A program made the position numbers and the translations under genes. A DNA stretch of 64,000 bases from positions 305,350,001 through 305,414,000 of the forward strand of contig OZ024742.1 of NCBI GenBank assembly GCA_964016885.1, in the 5' to 3' direction. Numbering within the stretch: position 1 is the stretch's first letter; each line of letters opens with the position of its first letter. Origin of the DNA: Eledone cirrhosa. Lineage: Eukaryota. Below, piece after piece: positions 13,601 to 24,859 of the stretch. The notes under the pieces were generated by a model that saw only the letters and a program-made list of their open reading frames with translations, was not told where the DNA came from and did no database searches.

Positions 13601-15182
13601 CCGGGCTGGGAGCCATAGAACTTCACATAGCAAAGCAGGGGTTGGGGTTTAGAAGTATTTTAATAATCAATGCTGAAATTATATGATTTGTGTATGAATC
13701 ACGGGTATATACATTTATACATAATGTACATGATCAATTTAGGGTTAGCAGGACTAAACGTTCAGACGATTTGGCCCACTCAAAATAAAATCGAAGACCT
13801 TTGAAAACTATGTCCTGAAGTTGCGGCGTGGGTGCAGATGGTGGCAGGCTGCACTGAAGAAGTAGATGTATATCAACGATAAGTCCTACAAATATCAGAA
13901 AGAAGGATTTAGACGTGTTTCAGAACTTAAAGTGTAATACTACTAGCATTACTAGTATTACAAAGAAAAGAAATATTTAGTAAAGCGTTAAGGCACATAT
14001 CATAAGGTATTTATTTGGACACACTACTATTTCAGTCGACTACACCAACTAATGTTAGTTTAATATCAGGCGAGGCAACGTATAAGCGAACACGTGGTCG
14101 CTGGAACTGTTAAAAATATTAGTCAGGTGACACTCAGATCAGCCAGGATATAAAACAAAGTTGACTCACTACTACTATTACTACTACTGCTACCACCAGC
14201 AACACGACTGCAGCAATGTGTGCCACTACAACTACTATTATCACCACAACCACCACCAACAACAACAACAACACTACTAATCTAGCTGCTGCTACACTAG
14301 CAACATGATATATTTAAACAGAAAAACACACACACACACAAACACACATCCATAAACACACAAATCGAACTGGCCTAAGTTAACTTCCGTATATCTTACC
14401 AAAGCTAGACCATGCAACAGATGCTATTGACGTTTAACAAAGCTCTATATAGGACGTAGTGTTGTGTGCGAAGATGTGGTGGTGAGGGGGAAACTAGGCA
14501 TAATACTATTAAGGACAATATCTCCATGTGTTCTGCTCTCACATGGTCTTTGAGATACATGCTAGGTATTAGGTCTGTGTTTGCATATATGTGTGAATGT
14601 GTGTGTGAATATGTGTGTGTGTGTGTGTGTGCATGTACGCGCGTGAGAAAGAGAGAGAGAGAAAGAGTGAGTGAGAGAGAGCGAGAGGATGTGTTTGTGT
14701 GTGTGAGCGTGCATGTGTGTTTGTTTAAATGTATAATCATAGAAAATACATGAAACTGACACGCAGAAAATAACTATAAACACAGTCGGTTGATATAAAT
14801 AATAGCTTAGAAATAGGGTAAAATACCCTTATGAACGTCAGATAAAATACTACTCTATAGGGGTAGTTTATCCGGTTTTCTAAACTATCATTTAAAGCCA
14901 CTATTATGTTTACAGTTATATACTGTGTCTGCGTTTCCTCCCCCAAAAAAAGAATTATAATTAGTCAGCCCTTCGAAATTTCGATGATTTGCATACAATT
15001 TATATATACATATACAACAGACACATATTCCTGAGTTGTGTCAGGGGGGCTAACCACCGTTGAAAAAGATAATCAATATACTGGTAGAATATAGGAATCT
15101 TTATTATATATATATAGAGAGAGAGAAATGACTTCTACATGACTAGAACTGTCACAAGTTTCATGTAACAGTATCCTTCACC

Positions 15183-15570
15183 TACTCTCGGGTCCCAAAT
15201 ATTAGTGGGGTTGGAATAAGCCGGCGGAGACATTTGCTTAAATTCTTATAAGCAGGGTTGGAATAAACGGCGGCGGGGGGCAGTTATGAAATCGGTAATT
15301 GTATAGTGTACAATCTTAAATATGGGATTTCTTGTAATGTTCTATTTTTGTCATATATAATGTTGTTTTAATGTAAAATAAAATTATCAGATTCTTCAGT
15401 TGCTGCATCAATATGAATCACTTACAATAACATTTCGCCGGAGATAGATTATCAAAATTTAATAAGCGAGAAGAGGGAGTAAAAGTGGGGAGGTGGGGGG
15501 TATAACAATTCTGAAAAAATGATGAGCGGGAAAGGTTGGGAAAAGGACGATTATTCAAGACCCGAGAGTA
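15183..15570. mobile_element. pogo/Tc1-type MITE
   Basis: Perfect 12-bp inverted termini TACTCTCGGGTC / GACCCGAGAGTA including terminal TA; internal repeated GGGTTGGAATAA. Confidence 0.7.
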
Positions 15571-15852
15571 CGTGTATTGCCAAAGACATATAACTACACA
15601 TATATCTACACACTATGGACAGTGACACTTATGAGAGAATCCTCCCTTTCATATATGTTATTTGTGATCCTCCAGGGTACTCCGAAACATTAAACATCAT
15701 CAAGCAGGCTTGATGGGGCTGCTGGTTCATCTTCGATAACATGATTATGCAACAGGATATAGAAGGTTGGAAACTTACCAGTAACGCCCAAGAACTCCCT
15801 ATTATAAACACAGGCATACGTGTTTGTATATATATTTATATATATACGCATA

Positions 15853-15955
15853 TACAGGGTCCCCCCCCCCCCAATGTATACACATTTTGGTTACCTATAC
15901 AGGCAATATTTATTAGAATGCACAGCTTTTGTGTATATATTTTTTGGGACACCCT
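15853..15955. mobile_element. Miniature Tc1/mariner MITE
   Basis: TACAGGGTCCC...AATGTATACAC at the left end and GTGTATATATTTTTTGGGACACCCT at the right end. Confidence 0.6.
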
Positions 15956-16061
15956 TTCCAAGAGAAGTCAAAATGAATGGACCTGTTATTTTTTATCTAA
16001 AGACATTTTTTTTCTAATTCCAACCCGCCCGTCCCTTCAATCTATCTTATTCCTCATTCTT

Positions 16062-16097
16062 TCTTCTGATGAAGGACTAGCGTCGGAAATGTTAAGA
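16062..16097 (+). ncRNA. Minimal type I hammerhead (PLE-type), partly degenerate
   Basis: TCTT-CTGATGA-AGGAC-TAGC-GTCG-GAAA-T-GTT-AAGA; stem I TCTT/AAGA, with almost no stem III. Confidence 0.5.
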
Positions 16098-16659
16098 CCA
16101 TCTTCCTGCTATTTCAAGCATTAACCAAATATATTCCTTCCATATACTGTACCGATTGTGTTGTTATTTCTGTTTACCTTTTACACATAAATATACACAC
16201 ACATATATATGTGTGTGAGTGTGAGTGTGAGTGTAATTGTTGTATTTGTTGGGCGTGTTTTTGAGCAGATATCTGATTATGCATATATTACTTCTTCTGC
16301 TCATATGTGACTAGTTAAAACATACATGTCCATACATATGATTGTTTCAGACACTTAATTGTGTGTATTGATTTCTTACCTTACTGTAAATGAGTTATAC
16401 AAATGGATGATATTGTCTGTAGCTGTTACTTTTGTTTTGCTGCAGCTCTGTTCTAATTGAACAAATCTACAATTTTAACAGGCGAGATAACCCAGTGGAG
16501 GCGTCCCCATTGTGTATGTTATGTATTTACTGAGATAGCTATCTATATGAAGTAATTATGTGGCTTTCCTCTGTATCACGCAAAATCTCTCATTCATTTT
16601 ACAAAAACGTTGTCGTTATAGAAAAATTCCAGCTTAGTGAGGCAGTTATCATAAAATGT

Positions 16660-17335
16660 ACCTGTGGGTGTCGGGTTCTGCAAAGGGTGCGTACTGTCAC
16701 CTCTCCTGATCATGACTTTCATGGACAAGATTGACATACGCAACCGGTATGAGAGTGGTAGCAAGACTGGAGTGTGTAGGATCAGTCGGCTGGAATTTGC
16801 AGGGTACTATTTAACTCGTCAGAAAGTGATCTAGGACATACGCTTAAAAAGTCTGAGGTCGAGCGCTGCACGATATGAATGAAAATCAATGCTGCGACGA
16901 CTGAGATACTCGTTCTCTCAAGGTCACAAGGAAACAGGTGCAATACATACTATATGTGACTGGAGTTCCACTGAAGCACGTGGAAATATAAGTATCTCGG
17001 GACCGTTTTCACGAGTAATGAAAGGCAGTGTGCGTGTGTGTGTGGGGTGGGGAATAAAGTGCAAGAATCACATGAGCTGATGCAGTAATGCGTTGGCTTC
17101 AGCATTCGGTTATCAGAAGAAAGCGGGTAGGTGTAAAATCCAAACTCCCTATCTTTAATTCGGTATTCGTGCTAACCCTCACCTATGTTCATAAACCGGG
17201 TGTAATGGCCGAAAGAATAAAGTCGTGAATACAAGTGACCGAACTGGAGTTCTTCCAAAGTATCTTTGGATAAACGTTGGAATGGGTGCTCGGGACGAGA
17301 AGAAGAAGAAGAAGAAGAAGAAGAAGAAGAAGAAG

Positions 17336-17364
<29 letters not shown>
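16660..17364 (+). pseudogene. Degenerate RTE-clade LINE RT fragment followed by (AAG)n
   Basis: GVGFCKGCVLSPLLIMTFMDKID (QGCVLSP motif), MKINAATTEILVLSR, YKYLGTVFTS, KLPIFNSVFVLTLTY; (AAG)n at 17299-17364. Confidence 0.8.
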
Positions 17365-17366
<2 letters not shown>

Positions 17367-17475
17367 GTTTGTGTGTGTAATGCTATACTACACCACTATA
17401 GGAAATCGTATTAAATAAAATAGAAATCTCCTTCATGCATAAATATCTAAAATACATTTTAGATATCATGTCGTT

Positions 17476-17654
17476 TGGCAGTATCGGTAGAGGGTCGGAC
17501 GCCATGCTTTCCAGCATAGTTACGTCCCTTTACGATCTGAGTTCAAATCCCGCCGAGGTTGACTTTGCCTTTCATCCTTACGGGGTCGATAAAATAAAGT
17601 ACCAGTAATGCACTGGGTAATTGCTGGCCTTGTGCCAAAAGTAGAAACAATTAT
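17476..17654 (+). mobile_element. tRNA-derived SINE family A
   Basis: TGGCAGTATCGGTAGAG...GAGTTCAAATCCCGCCGAGGTTGACTTTGCCTTTCATCCTTACGGGGTCGATAAAATAAAGTACCAG...GGCCTTGTGCCAAAAGTAGAAACAATTAT. Confidence 0.9.
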
Positions 17655-18642
17655 AACATGCTAAATATTAATTTACCTGGAAAAATAATTGATCGTACGT
17701 ATTTCATCGCTCTTATAAATATGAAAGTGATACTTTTCTTTTGTGGAATTTGAATTCAGAAAATGAATAAAAAGTGATAATCAAACACTACAAGGTATTT
17801 TGTCGAATTTTACCAACCCTATCCGATATTTAGTTAGGAAGAGAAGGGCAGTGCACATAGCTATTTTTAGGGCATCAACGTATTTGTTGTTGTTGTTACT
17901 GCTGTCGCTGCCTAAATTTCGGCATCAGTTCAAGTCTTCCTTGTTCGTCTGGTTGAGTCTTGCAAGTTGATAGGTTTCTTGTCGAATCTATAGCAATGGA
18001 AACATCTGGCACAATCTTCTCATACTGGACCAAGAACAATTTGCTTGACGCTTTGATTTCCGTTTAAAGAATCAGAACAAAATTTATTGAAAATTACAGG
18101 CATTTTCTATTTCTAATCATACAGTCTTTTGTTTTAACTATAATATTCAGTTCATATTAGTTCTTTGGTGATGTAAGTTCATGTAACATTATCTAGTTAG
18201 TTTTACTTTATATTTCAAATGTTGGCATTATATATCAAATTAAGAATTTCTTTTTCCTTCTTGTTTCTAACGTATTGGTTAAGTTTAAACAGACTATTGC
18301 TAATACTTAATTCTATATACTTAAATATAAAACTATTTTGATAATATATTTTTAGGATACACAGTGAAATAAAAAAATTGCTAACAAAGGACTGAACATT
18401 GTATTTACCAAAAAAATAATTCATTGACTTCAGACAAACGATATATATAACCATCTTGTCTATGTATCAATGTATTTAGAACTATATTACTCAATATCGC
18501 CAACCTTTTTGAAGACTGTAGAGTCTGATTACAGGGGAATATGGCTATTATTTCTAACAGACCAAGCAATAATATACAGGGTCCTCCACTGGCTTGTTTA
18601 TGGCTAAGTGTAATGTATCTATCTAGTTATCTCTCTCTCTCC

Positions 18643-18674
<32 letters not shown>

Positions 18675-18866
18675 GTAATAATAATAACAATAATAATAGT
18701 GACTATAACCGAAGTTGTATAACCGTGCATACATAATACGTATATACACAACCGTACACATATATTGCATACATGTATATACTTATAAACGTACATACGT
18801 AATTAAATACATACAATTTATATATATATATATATATTTATATGTATATAATATAGGTGAGAGATA

Positions 18867-19057
18867 ATAATTGTTTCTACTTTTGGCACAAGGCCAGCAA
18901 TTACCCAGTACATTACTGGTACTTTATTTTATCGACCCCGTAAGGAGGTAAGACAAAGTTGACCTCGCCGGGATTTGAACTCAGAATGGAAAGGGCCGTA
19001 ACTCTATGCGTCAAAGCATGACGTCCGACCCTCTACCGATACTGCCAATCCACCACC
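18867..19057 (-). mobile_element. tRNA-derived SINE family A
   Basis: Near-identical reverse complement of 17476-17654; flanking direct repeat ATAGGTGAGAGATAATAA at 18853 and 19099. Confidence 0.9.
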
Positions 19058-19299
19058 TATAGTGCCATTTATATATATAACCTTTATTTATATATAACAT
19101 AGGTGAGAGATAATAATAAATACCAAAATTAATACGTTCATCCAATCTTTGTATCGATCTATACTTAAGGCAAAGGAAGAGCCACTCAGCATGCTATATA
19201 TAGTAGACAAATCTTTGTCAAACCATACACTATAACATGACAAATGATACAGTGGTTAATGTAGTCGGTCAGGATAAACTATTACTAGAACTATCTTAA

Positions 19300-19620
19300 T
19301 AATAACAATGGCTTCTGATTTAGAAACAAGGCCAACAATTTTAGAGGATGGGAATCTTAGTTAAATCGGTTCCACTGCATTACTAGTACTATAATTTTTC
19401 GACCCCGAAAGGCAAAGCTAACATCGGCGGGATTTGAACTCAGAATGTAAAGCGATGTAACTATATTCCACAAAACATTTTGTCTGATGCTCTACTGATT
19501 CCGGCAACCAACCGCCTTAATAATGGTTTCTTATATAGGCACAAGACCAGCAATTTTGAGGGAGGGGAAACTCGATTAAATCGACTCCAGTATGTGACTG
19601 GTACTTTGTTTCATCGACAA
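19300..19620 (-). mobile_element. Two adjacent older SINE family A copies (one partial)
   Basis: Degenerate ACAAGGCCAACAATT...TCGACCCCGAAAGG...GGGATTTGAACTCAGAA, then a second GGCACAAGACCAGCAATT...CTGGTACTTT. Confidence 0.75.
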
Positions 19621-19944
19621 CCACGAACTTTATCACTTTGAATCCTGAGATGGGTTTAAATCTCAGATATAACCTTACCAACACACATACGTACGTATAT
19701 GAATACATGCATACAAAACGTGCATACATAATACGTACACAACCGTATGTACGTGTACATATGTTGCATACATAGTATATACATGCATAAATGCAAGTAT
19801 ATACTTACAAACGTACATACACAATTAAATACATACAAACGTATTTACGTACATATATACATATATATGCATTTATTCATCCCCACTTTGGGTAGCCATT
19901 TAACCATACAGCTAGCCATCTACCCATAGTGAGCTATACATAAT

Positions 19945-20039
<95 letters not shown>

Positions 20040-20208
20040 ATGTACACAGATGTAATCTATACACAGATATTTAATATGCCGACAGAATATATATGTATAC
20101 ATATATCTGTAACCAGGAAACAACTACGGTAAGACACTCACACAGTGGGACACAGCTGATGCCAGTTAAACAGTCCAGCAGGCGAAATTAGCTGTACCCC
20201 TTTCGAAA

Positions 20209-20226
20209 ATGGTGTGGAGTAGGCGG
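20209..20226 (+). CDS. Candidate first coding exon segment of the host gene (MVWSRR)
   Basis: AAAATGG start context; strong donor CGG|GTAAGA in phase 0, which matches the only open phase of exon 43134-43233; locally complex, non-repetitive sequence. Confidence 0.35.
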
Positions 20227-20613
20227 GTAAGAATTAATACGTACAAAATGCTGGTCGCGTGTCACTTATCCAAGTTGACTGACTGCCCAGCACGTGGCTG
20301 TCCCTTTTTTTTATTTATTCATTTCTTTTAAACAAAACCAACAACTAAATTTACCTTGGTTTAAAATCTCAAGTTCCCTAATTTTCAGCAGCGTACTTAT
20401 AACAATCTCCTCCTTATCCCTCTTAACGATTCAAACCTCCTATGTCAAGTGAAAATTTGGAATAGGGTGCTGCGTGTGTGTGTGTGTAAGGGGTAGGGGT
20501 GAACATGAAAGGAGCTGAAACTGTCCCTTAATTTTGTATGTTTTTTTTTGTGGAAGAGGGTAAAGGGTTATGTTCATAGACTGATGTAGACAAGCTGAAC
20601 CCCCCCCCACATA

Positions 20614-20716
<103 letters not shown>

Positions 20717-20835
20717 ACACACACACAAACAAATATATACATACATAAACATACGAAACCTACATACACATATGAATATACTTACATTCGTATACGCACA
20801 CATTCACACATGCATACGTACATACACATACATGC

Positions 20836-20872
<37 letters not shown>

Positions 20873-21094
20873 TTCATTCATTCAGCCATCCCTATTCATC
20901 CATACATACATATTTGTTAGTACACACATACATACGGTTAAAAGCCGAACCTCGCCTTCCCGATGACCCATAAACCACCCTAGACATCAACTAATACAGC
21001 AATAAAACAGCACCGCTTTAAAATATGTATAAAGCACCCCTGTTAAGCATTGTGTAGGGGACTGGAAACTAATGAGGTATATAAATAAATATAC

Positions 21095-21245
21095 GGTTGT
21101 GTAGTTGAGGAGTTCACAACGATGTGGTTCCAGGTTCAGTTACGCTGCGAGGAACTTTTGCCAATGTTTTCAACTGTAGCCTGTGGCTGATCAATTGATC
21201 AATCCCCTTATGAGTAAATTGGTAGACAGAAATATTGCAGAAATC
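21095..21245 (+). mobile_element. Degenerate tRNA-derived SINE family B
   Basis: GGTTGTGTAGTTGAGGAGTTCAC...GGTTCAGTTACGCTGCG...TTGGTAGACAGAAA; related to 37905-38070. Confidence 0.5.
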
Positions 21246-21309
21246 TATGATATATATATAGTGATACACACATACACAAACGCACACACACACACAAACA
21301 CTCAAACAC

Positions 21310-21340
<31 letters not shown>

Positions 21341-21344
21341 CATA

Positions 21345-21681
21345 TAAAATAAAGTTAAATAAAAGTCAAATGATTAAAATTTAGCTTCGTTTATTACTGT
21401 TATATATATTTCAGTGACAGCCATCTTTGGCTGTGACCTCTTCAGGCAGTTTGAATTAGTGTGGTATAGACAAGTACATATGTTGTTTAGGTGTATAATA
21501 TTGTCAATACTCTGATATGCCCAGTTCCTTGTTGGGTTGTTAATTCACTGAGGAACTGGAGTCATATGAATTCAAACAAACGAATTTCAGTGTCAAAGGT
21601 CCCCTTCTCCTCTCATTGGTCAGTTATTAGAACATTCCTCATTCTAAGTGTTGTTATTGTTGGAGTTAGCTTAAAAATTGA
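21345..21681 (-). repeat. 3' part of the sense pLTR (inverted repeat arm A)
   Basis: Reverse complement of 24523-24859; only 2 mismatches seen by eye. Confidence 0.95.
21396..21450 (-). ncRNA. Type I minimal hammerhead in the pLTR (stem I has one C-A mismatch)
   Basis: ACUGC-CUGAAGA-GGUCACAGCCA-AAGA-UGGCUGUCACU-GAAA-UAUAU-AUA-ACAGU. Confidence 0.75.
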
Positions 21682-22190
21682 TAAAATGGTAGAAGGGACA
21701 AGTTGTTAAAGGAACAAAATAACAAAAAAAGTGTCAAACTTCCCATTGGTCAGTTCTGAGAGCATTCCTCAGTCAGAAGTCTATAGAATTCTTTCTGGGG
21801 TGAGGCTCCCTGTAGTGTTTTTGCCTGCTATTGTTCAATACATTTGACCTCCACCATTATTTTGGTACTGTTGTTGTTGTAGTGGTCAGCTTATATCTTG
21901 CTGCTGCTAACAATTTAGAAGTATCCAGTTTGTGTTTTTCTTCATGCCTCCCGCCACCATCGTAGTGGTGGTGGTGGTGGTGGTGGTGGTGGGGGGGGGG
22001 GGGTTCTTCCATGTATATGAAGAAATATAAGGCAATAAATGAAGAAAACAGAAAATAAATAAATAATATAATAAAATAATTAATATAATTTGTGTAATTT
22101 GAAAATAAATAAATAAATAGAGAATAAAGAATAAAGAATAAATGAGAGATTGGTGAAAAAGTAATGAAAATGAATATGGAGAAGTGAGAA

Positions 22191-22375
22191 ATAATTGTTT
22201 CTACTATTGGCACAAGGCCAGCAATAACCCAGTACATTACTGGTACTTTATTTTATCGACCCCGTAAGGATGAAAGGCAAAGTTAACCTCGGCGGGATTT
22301 GAACTCAGAATGGCAAGGGCCGTAACTCTATGCGTCAAAGCATGGCGTCCGAACCTCTACCGATACTGCCAATCC
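22191..22375 (-). mobile_element. SINE family A nested in the PLE 3' region
   Basis: Near-identical to 18867-19057; lies between the endonuclease coding end and the pLTR. Confidence 0.9.
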
Positions 22376-22854
22376 AAAATAATGTAGGATAAAGTGTGTG
22401 TGTGTGCTATAACCAATCTCAAGGTCAGAATATGTTGGATAGATTGGTATGAGACAAGATGTTAAGATGAGATATTCAAACTAAATGTGTTTGTGTCATA
22501 ATCCATCTCAACTTAAAATAAATATAAGGTGATACAGTGAAGAGGGCAGAAAACAAATAACAAATTAATAAAGAGAAATCAAGATTTAAGATTGGAACTT
22601 GAAAGTCTGAAATCTGGTAAATTAAAAGTGTTTGTGTTATAGATGTTGGCCAAATTATTATGGCTGTGTCCGATTCTATCTCTAGGCTATCATGGTGTCT
22701 GTTCCGCCTGGGTTGTTCCCTGTGGCTTGAGGGGAGTTCACAACCTAGGGTGTTGTTATTGCCCATATAGCTTGAGGGAGGTCTGGCCGAGAGGTGTTTT
22801 GATGTTCTGTAGAAGTCCCTATAGCTTGAGGGGAGTTCACATCTTCTTGTATTG

Positions 22855-24522
22855 CTACTGTCCATATATCTTGAGAAAGGTCCCGGCTCTAAGGTGTCTG
22901 CATGTCCCGAAGAAGTCGGTTCTGAGGTTTATCAGGCCGCTTCCACTTCTTAGTATCTCGAGGGTCTCGTTCAGGCATAGTTTGCATATGCAAGATCCCC
23001 CTTTATCGGGTGGTACTTTCCTGATTATGTACCAGGCCAGAGAGTATGGGGTCCTGTCCAGCTTAAGCTTCCATATCAGGTCAGAGAGAGCTGTGTTTTT
23101 CCTTTTGGCCTCCTTCTTGAATGAATGGCGATGGTTGTACCAGCAGTCCTTAAAGCTCGTTATGTGGCTCCTATGTAGAGGTGTTCGGAGTTGGGGGTTT
23201 TAACCCTACAACCGTACACTAGGTTCTTCTTGAGACATTCATTACCAAGGGGGCATGATTCGGGGTTTCTGCAGTTGCAGAGGGTGGTCGGCCTCTGCGT
23301 GCCTAGATTAGGGTTCTCGTTTTGTGTTACATGTTGGTCTTCCCTCATGCTCGGTGAGGGGTCCTCGGGTCTGTTTGTGTTTCTTGGGTGGGCTCTGGGT
23401 CCCCCCTTCCCTCCTTTCACATGGTTCTGCTGAGTGTTTGTATTGCCATCTTCTGGTTGTATGTGGTTTTTAAGCCTACTTCTGTTGATGCTAGCTATGT
23501 GTTGGGCCAAATTTCTCGTGGTGGAATACGAAAACTTCACAGTGTGTCTGTTGAAGATCCTGTGGTATCTGTGGTCCCTCGGGAAGCATTTGTCAAGTGC
23601 TCCAAAGAATAATCGGGCCAAGCTTTTCTTTAGGGCCGCTGAGTAGGGTGGGTTGTACCACGTGATTTGTCGGTGTCTCCTCCTATATGTGTGGGTCGGG
23701 GGCTTCGTGATTTGTTGGAGATTTGTTGGGTTGCTGGTGGTTTCCGCACTGTTGCTTCCCCTTTGGGCTCTACGCTTTTTGTTATCTTCGCGGCCCGGAT
23801 TTGTGGGGTGGTCGTTGTCCGCCCCGGGAGATCCATCGTGGGGTGGTCGCCCGTTTCCTCCCCCCCACGTGTCCTGTGGTTGGGGTCGTCCGTCCTGGGG
23901 TCGTTAGCGTCACGCCTGAGACTGCTACTCATATTGTGCTCCATCTCGTGGTCAAGCGCACTAGTCCCCACCGCCCGTGTGGTGGTGTCTGGTACATGGT
24001 GCCTATTTGATTCTGCTCTGCCTGTATTGTTAGGGTTCGCCCTCCACCCTCTGGCAACGCGGTTGTGGGTGTCTGTTGGGCTATCCACCTCCCGGCTTTT
24101 CGGACTATATGTTATATTTTGTCCATGTGCCGCCTTCTTTAGAGCTGCGTTGTAATATTCCGCGTAGTTGTTGAATATTTCCTTACTTGCGGACAGGCTG
24201 GCGATCCTGTCCAAGACACTCTTCACCACTGCCTTGGTTATGGATTTAGGGTGGTTTGATTTGGCGTTAACATATACGAGTTTCTCGTTGGGCTTGTGGT
24301 AGTGGTAGTATTGCTCGGTGTTCAGGTTTAGGGTGGTGTCTAGGAAGTTAACTACCTTCCTATTTGGGTCTATTTCTATGCTGAGCCCCTGGTTCTTAAA
24401 GAAATGGCGAATACGCCTCCTCATACCCTCCAGCATATTGGTGCTGTGGTCATGTACTGTGAATAGAGCATCGTCACGATATAATCCGCCGCCCAGGCAG
24501 GGGATTTCATTTTTTATCTGCT
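22855..24522 (-). pseudogene. PLE polyprotein remnant: RT C-terminal half/thumb plus GIY-YIG endonuclease, frameshifted
   Basis: GLYRDDAL, VNFLDTTLNL, YHKPN..YVNAKSNHP; shift to RRRHRQITWYNPPYS...HRIFNRHTVKFSYS...CNCRNPESCPLGNEC..NLVYGCRV..LYIGAT; shift at ~23162 to SFKDCWYNHRHSF..TALSDLIWKLK..CKLCLNETLEI..INLRTDFFGTCRH; TAG at 22855. Confidence 0.92.
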
Positions 24523-24859
24523 TCAATTTTTAAGCTAACTCCAACAATAACAACACTTAGAATGAGGAATGTTCTAATAACTGACCAATGAGAGGAGAAG
24601 GGGACCTTTGACACTGAAATTCGTTTGTTTGAATTCATATGACTCCAGTTCCTCAGTGAATTAACAACCCAACAAGGAACTGGGCATATCAGAGTATTGA
24701 CAATATTATACACCTAAACAACATATGTACTTGTCTATACCATACTAATTCAAACTGCCTGAAGAGGTCACAGCCAAAGATGGCTGTCACTGAAATATAT
24801 ATAGCAGTAATAAACGAAGCTAAATTTTAATCATTTGACTTTTATTTAACTTTATTTTA
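24523..24859 (+). repeat. Inverted pLTR at the 5' truncation point (arm B)
   Basis: Joins the truncated RT at ~24522; reverse complement of 21345-21681. Confidence 0.95.
24754..24808 (+). ncRNA. Type I minimal hammerhead ribozyme, intact
   Basis: ACUGC-CUGAAGA-GGUCACAGCCA-AAGA-UGGCUGUCACU-GAAA-UAUAU-AUA^GCAGU; 5-bp stem I, stem II pairs 10/11, palindromic short stem III; predicted cleavage after 24803. Confidence 0.85.

Larger units (their letters stand above)
21345..24859 (-). mobile_element. Penelope-like retroelement (Naiad-type), 5'-truncated, with inverted pseudo-LTR
   Basis: RT (LYRDD) plus C-terminal GIY-YIG on the - strand; 337-bp inverted repeats at 21345-21681 and 24523-24859, each with a hammerhead; left end abuts (TA)n. 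Confidence 0.92.

Noticed and set aside
17476-17555. tRNA gene
   Set aside because: The A and B boxes belong to a multi-copy SINE head; there is no cloverleaf acceptor stem and the sequence continues into the SINE body.
20117-20128. 12-nt microexon CAG|GAAACAACTACG|GTAAGA
   Set aside because: No pyrimidine tract upstream; cannot be supported without reads.
21491-21709. Duplicated small ORF MYNIVNTLIC... (also 24507-24713)
   Set aside because: Duplication simply reflects the inverted pLTR arms, and the ORF is antisense to the pLTR.
23680-23905. Programmed -1 ribosomal frameshift in the PLE
   Set aside because: No convincing slippery site with a downstream structure was identified; a second lesion and the catalytic mutation favour decay or homopolymer error.
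22855-24522. Selenoprotein recoding, as reported for many Naiad elements
   Set aside because: The conserved Cys positions in the surviving region are TGC/TGT, and the interruptions are frameshifts followed by TAA, not in-frame TGA. The missing 5' half cannot be assessed.
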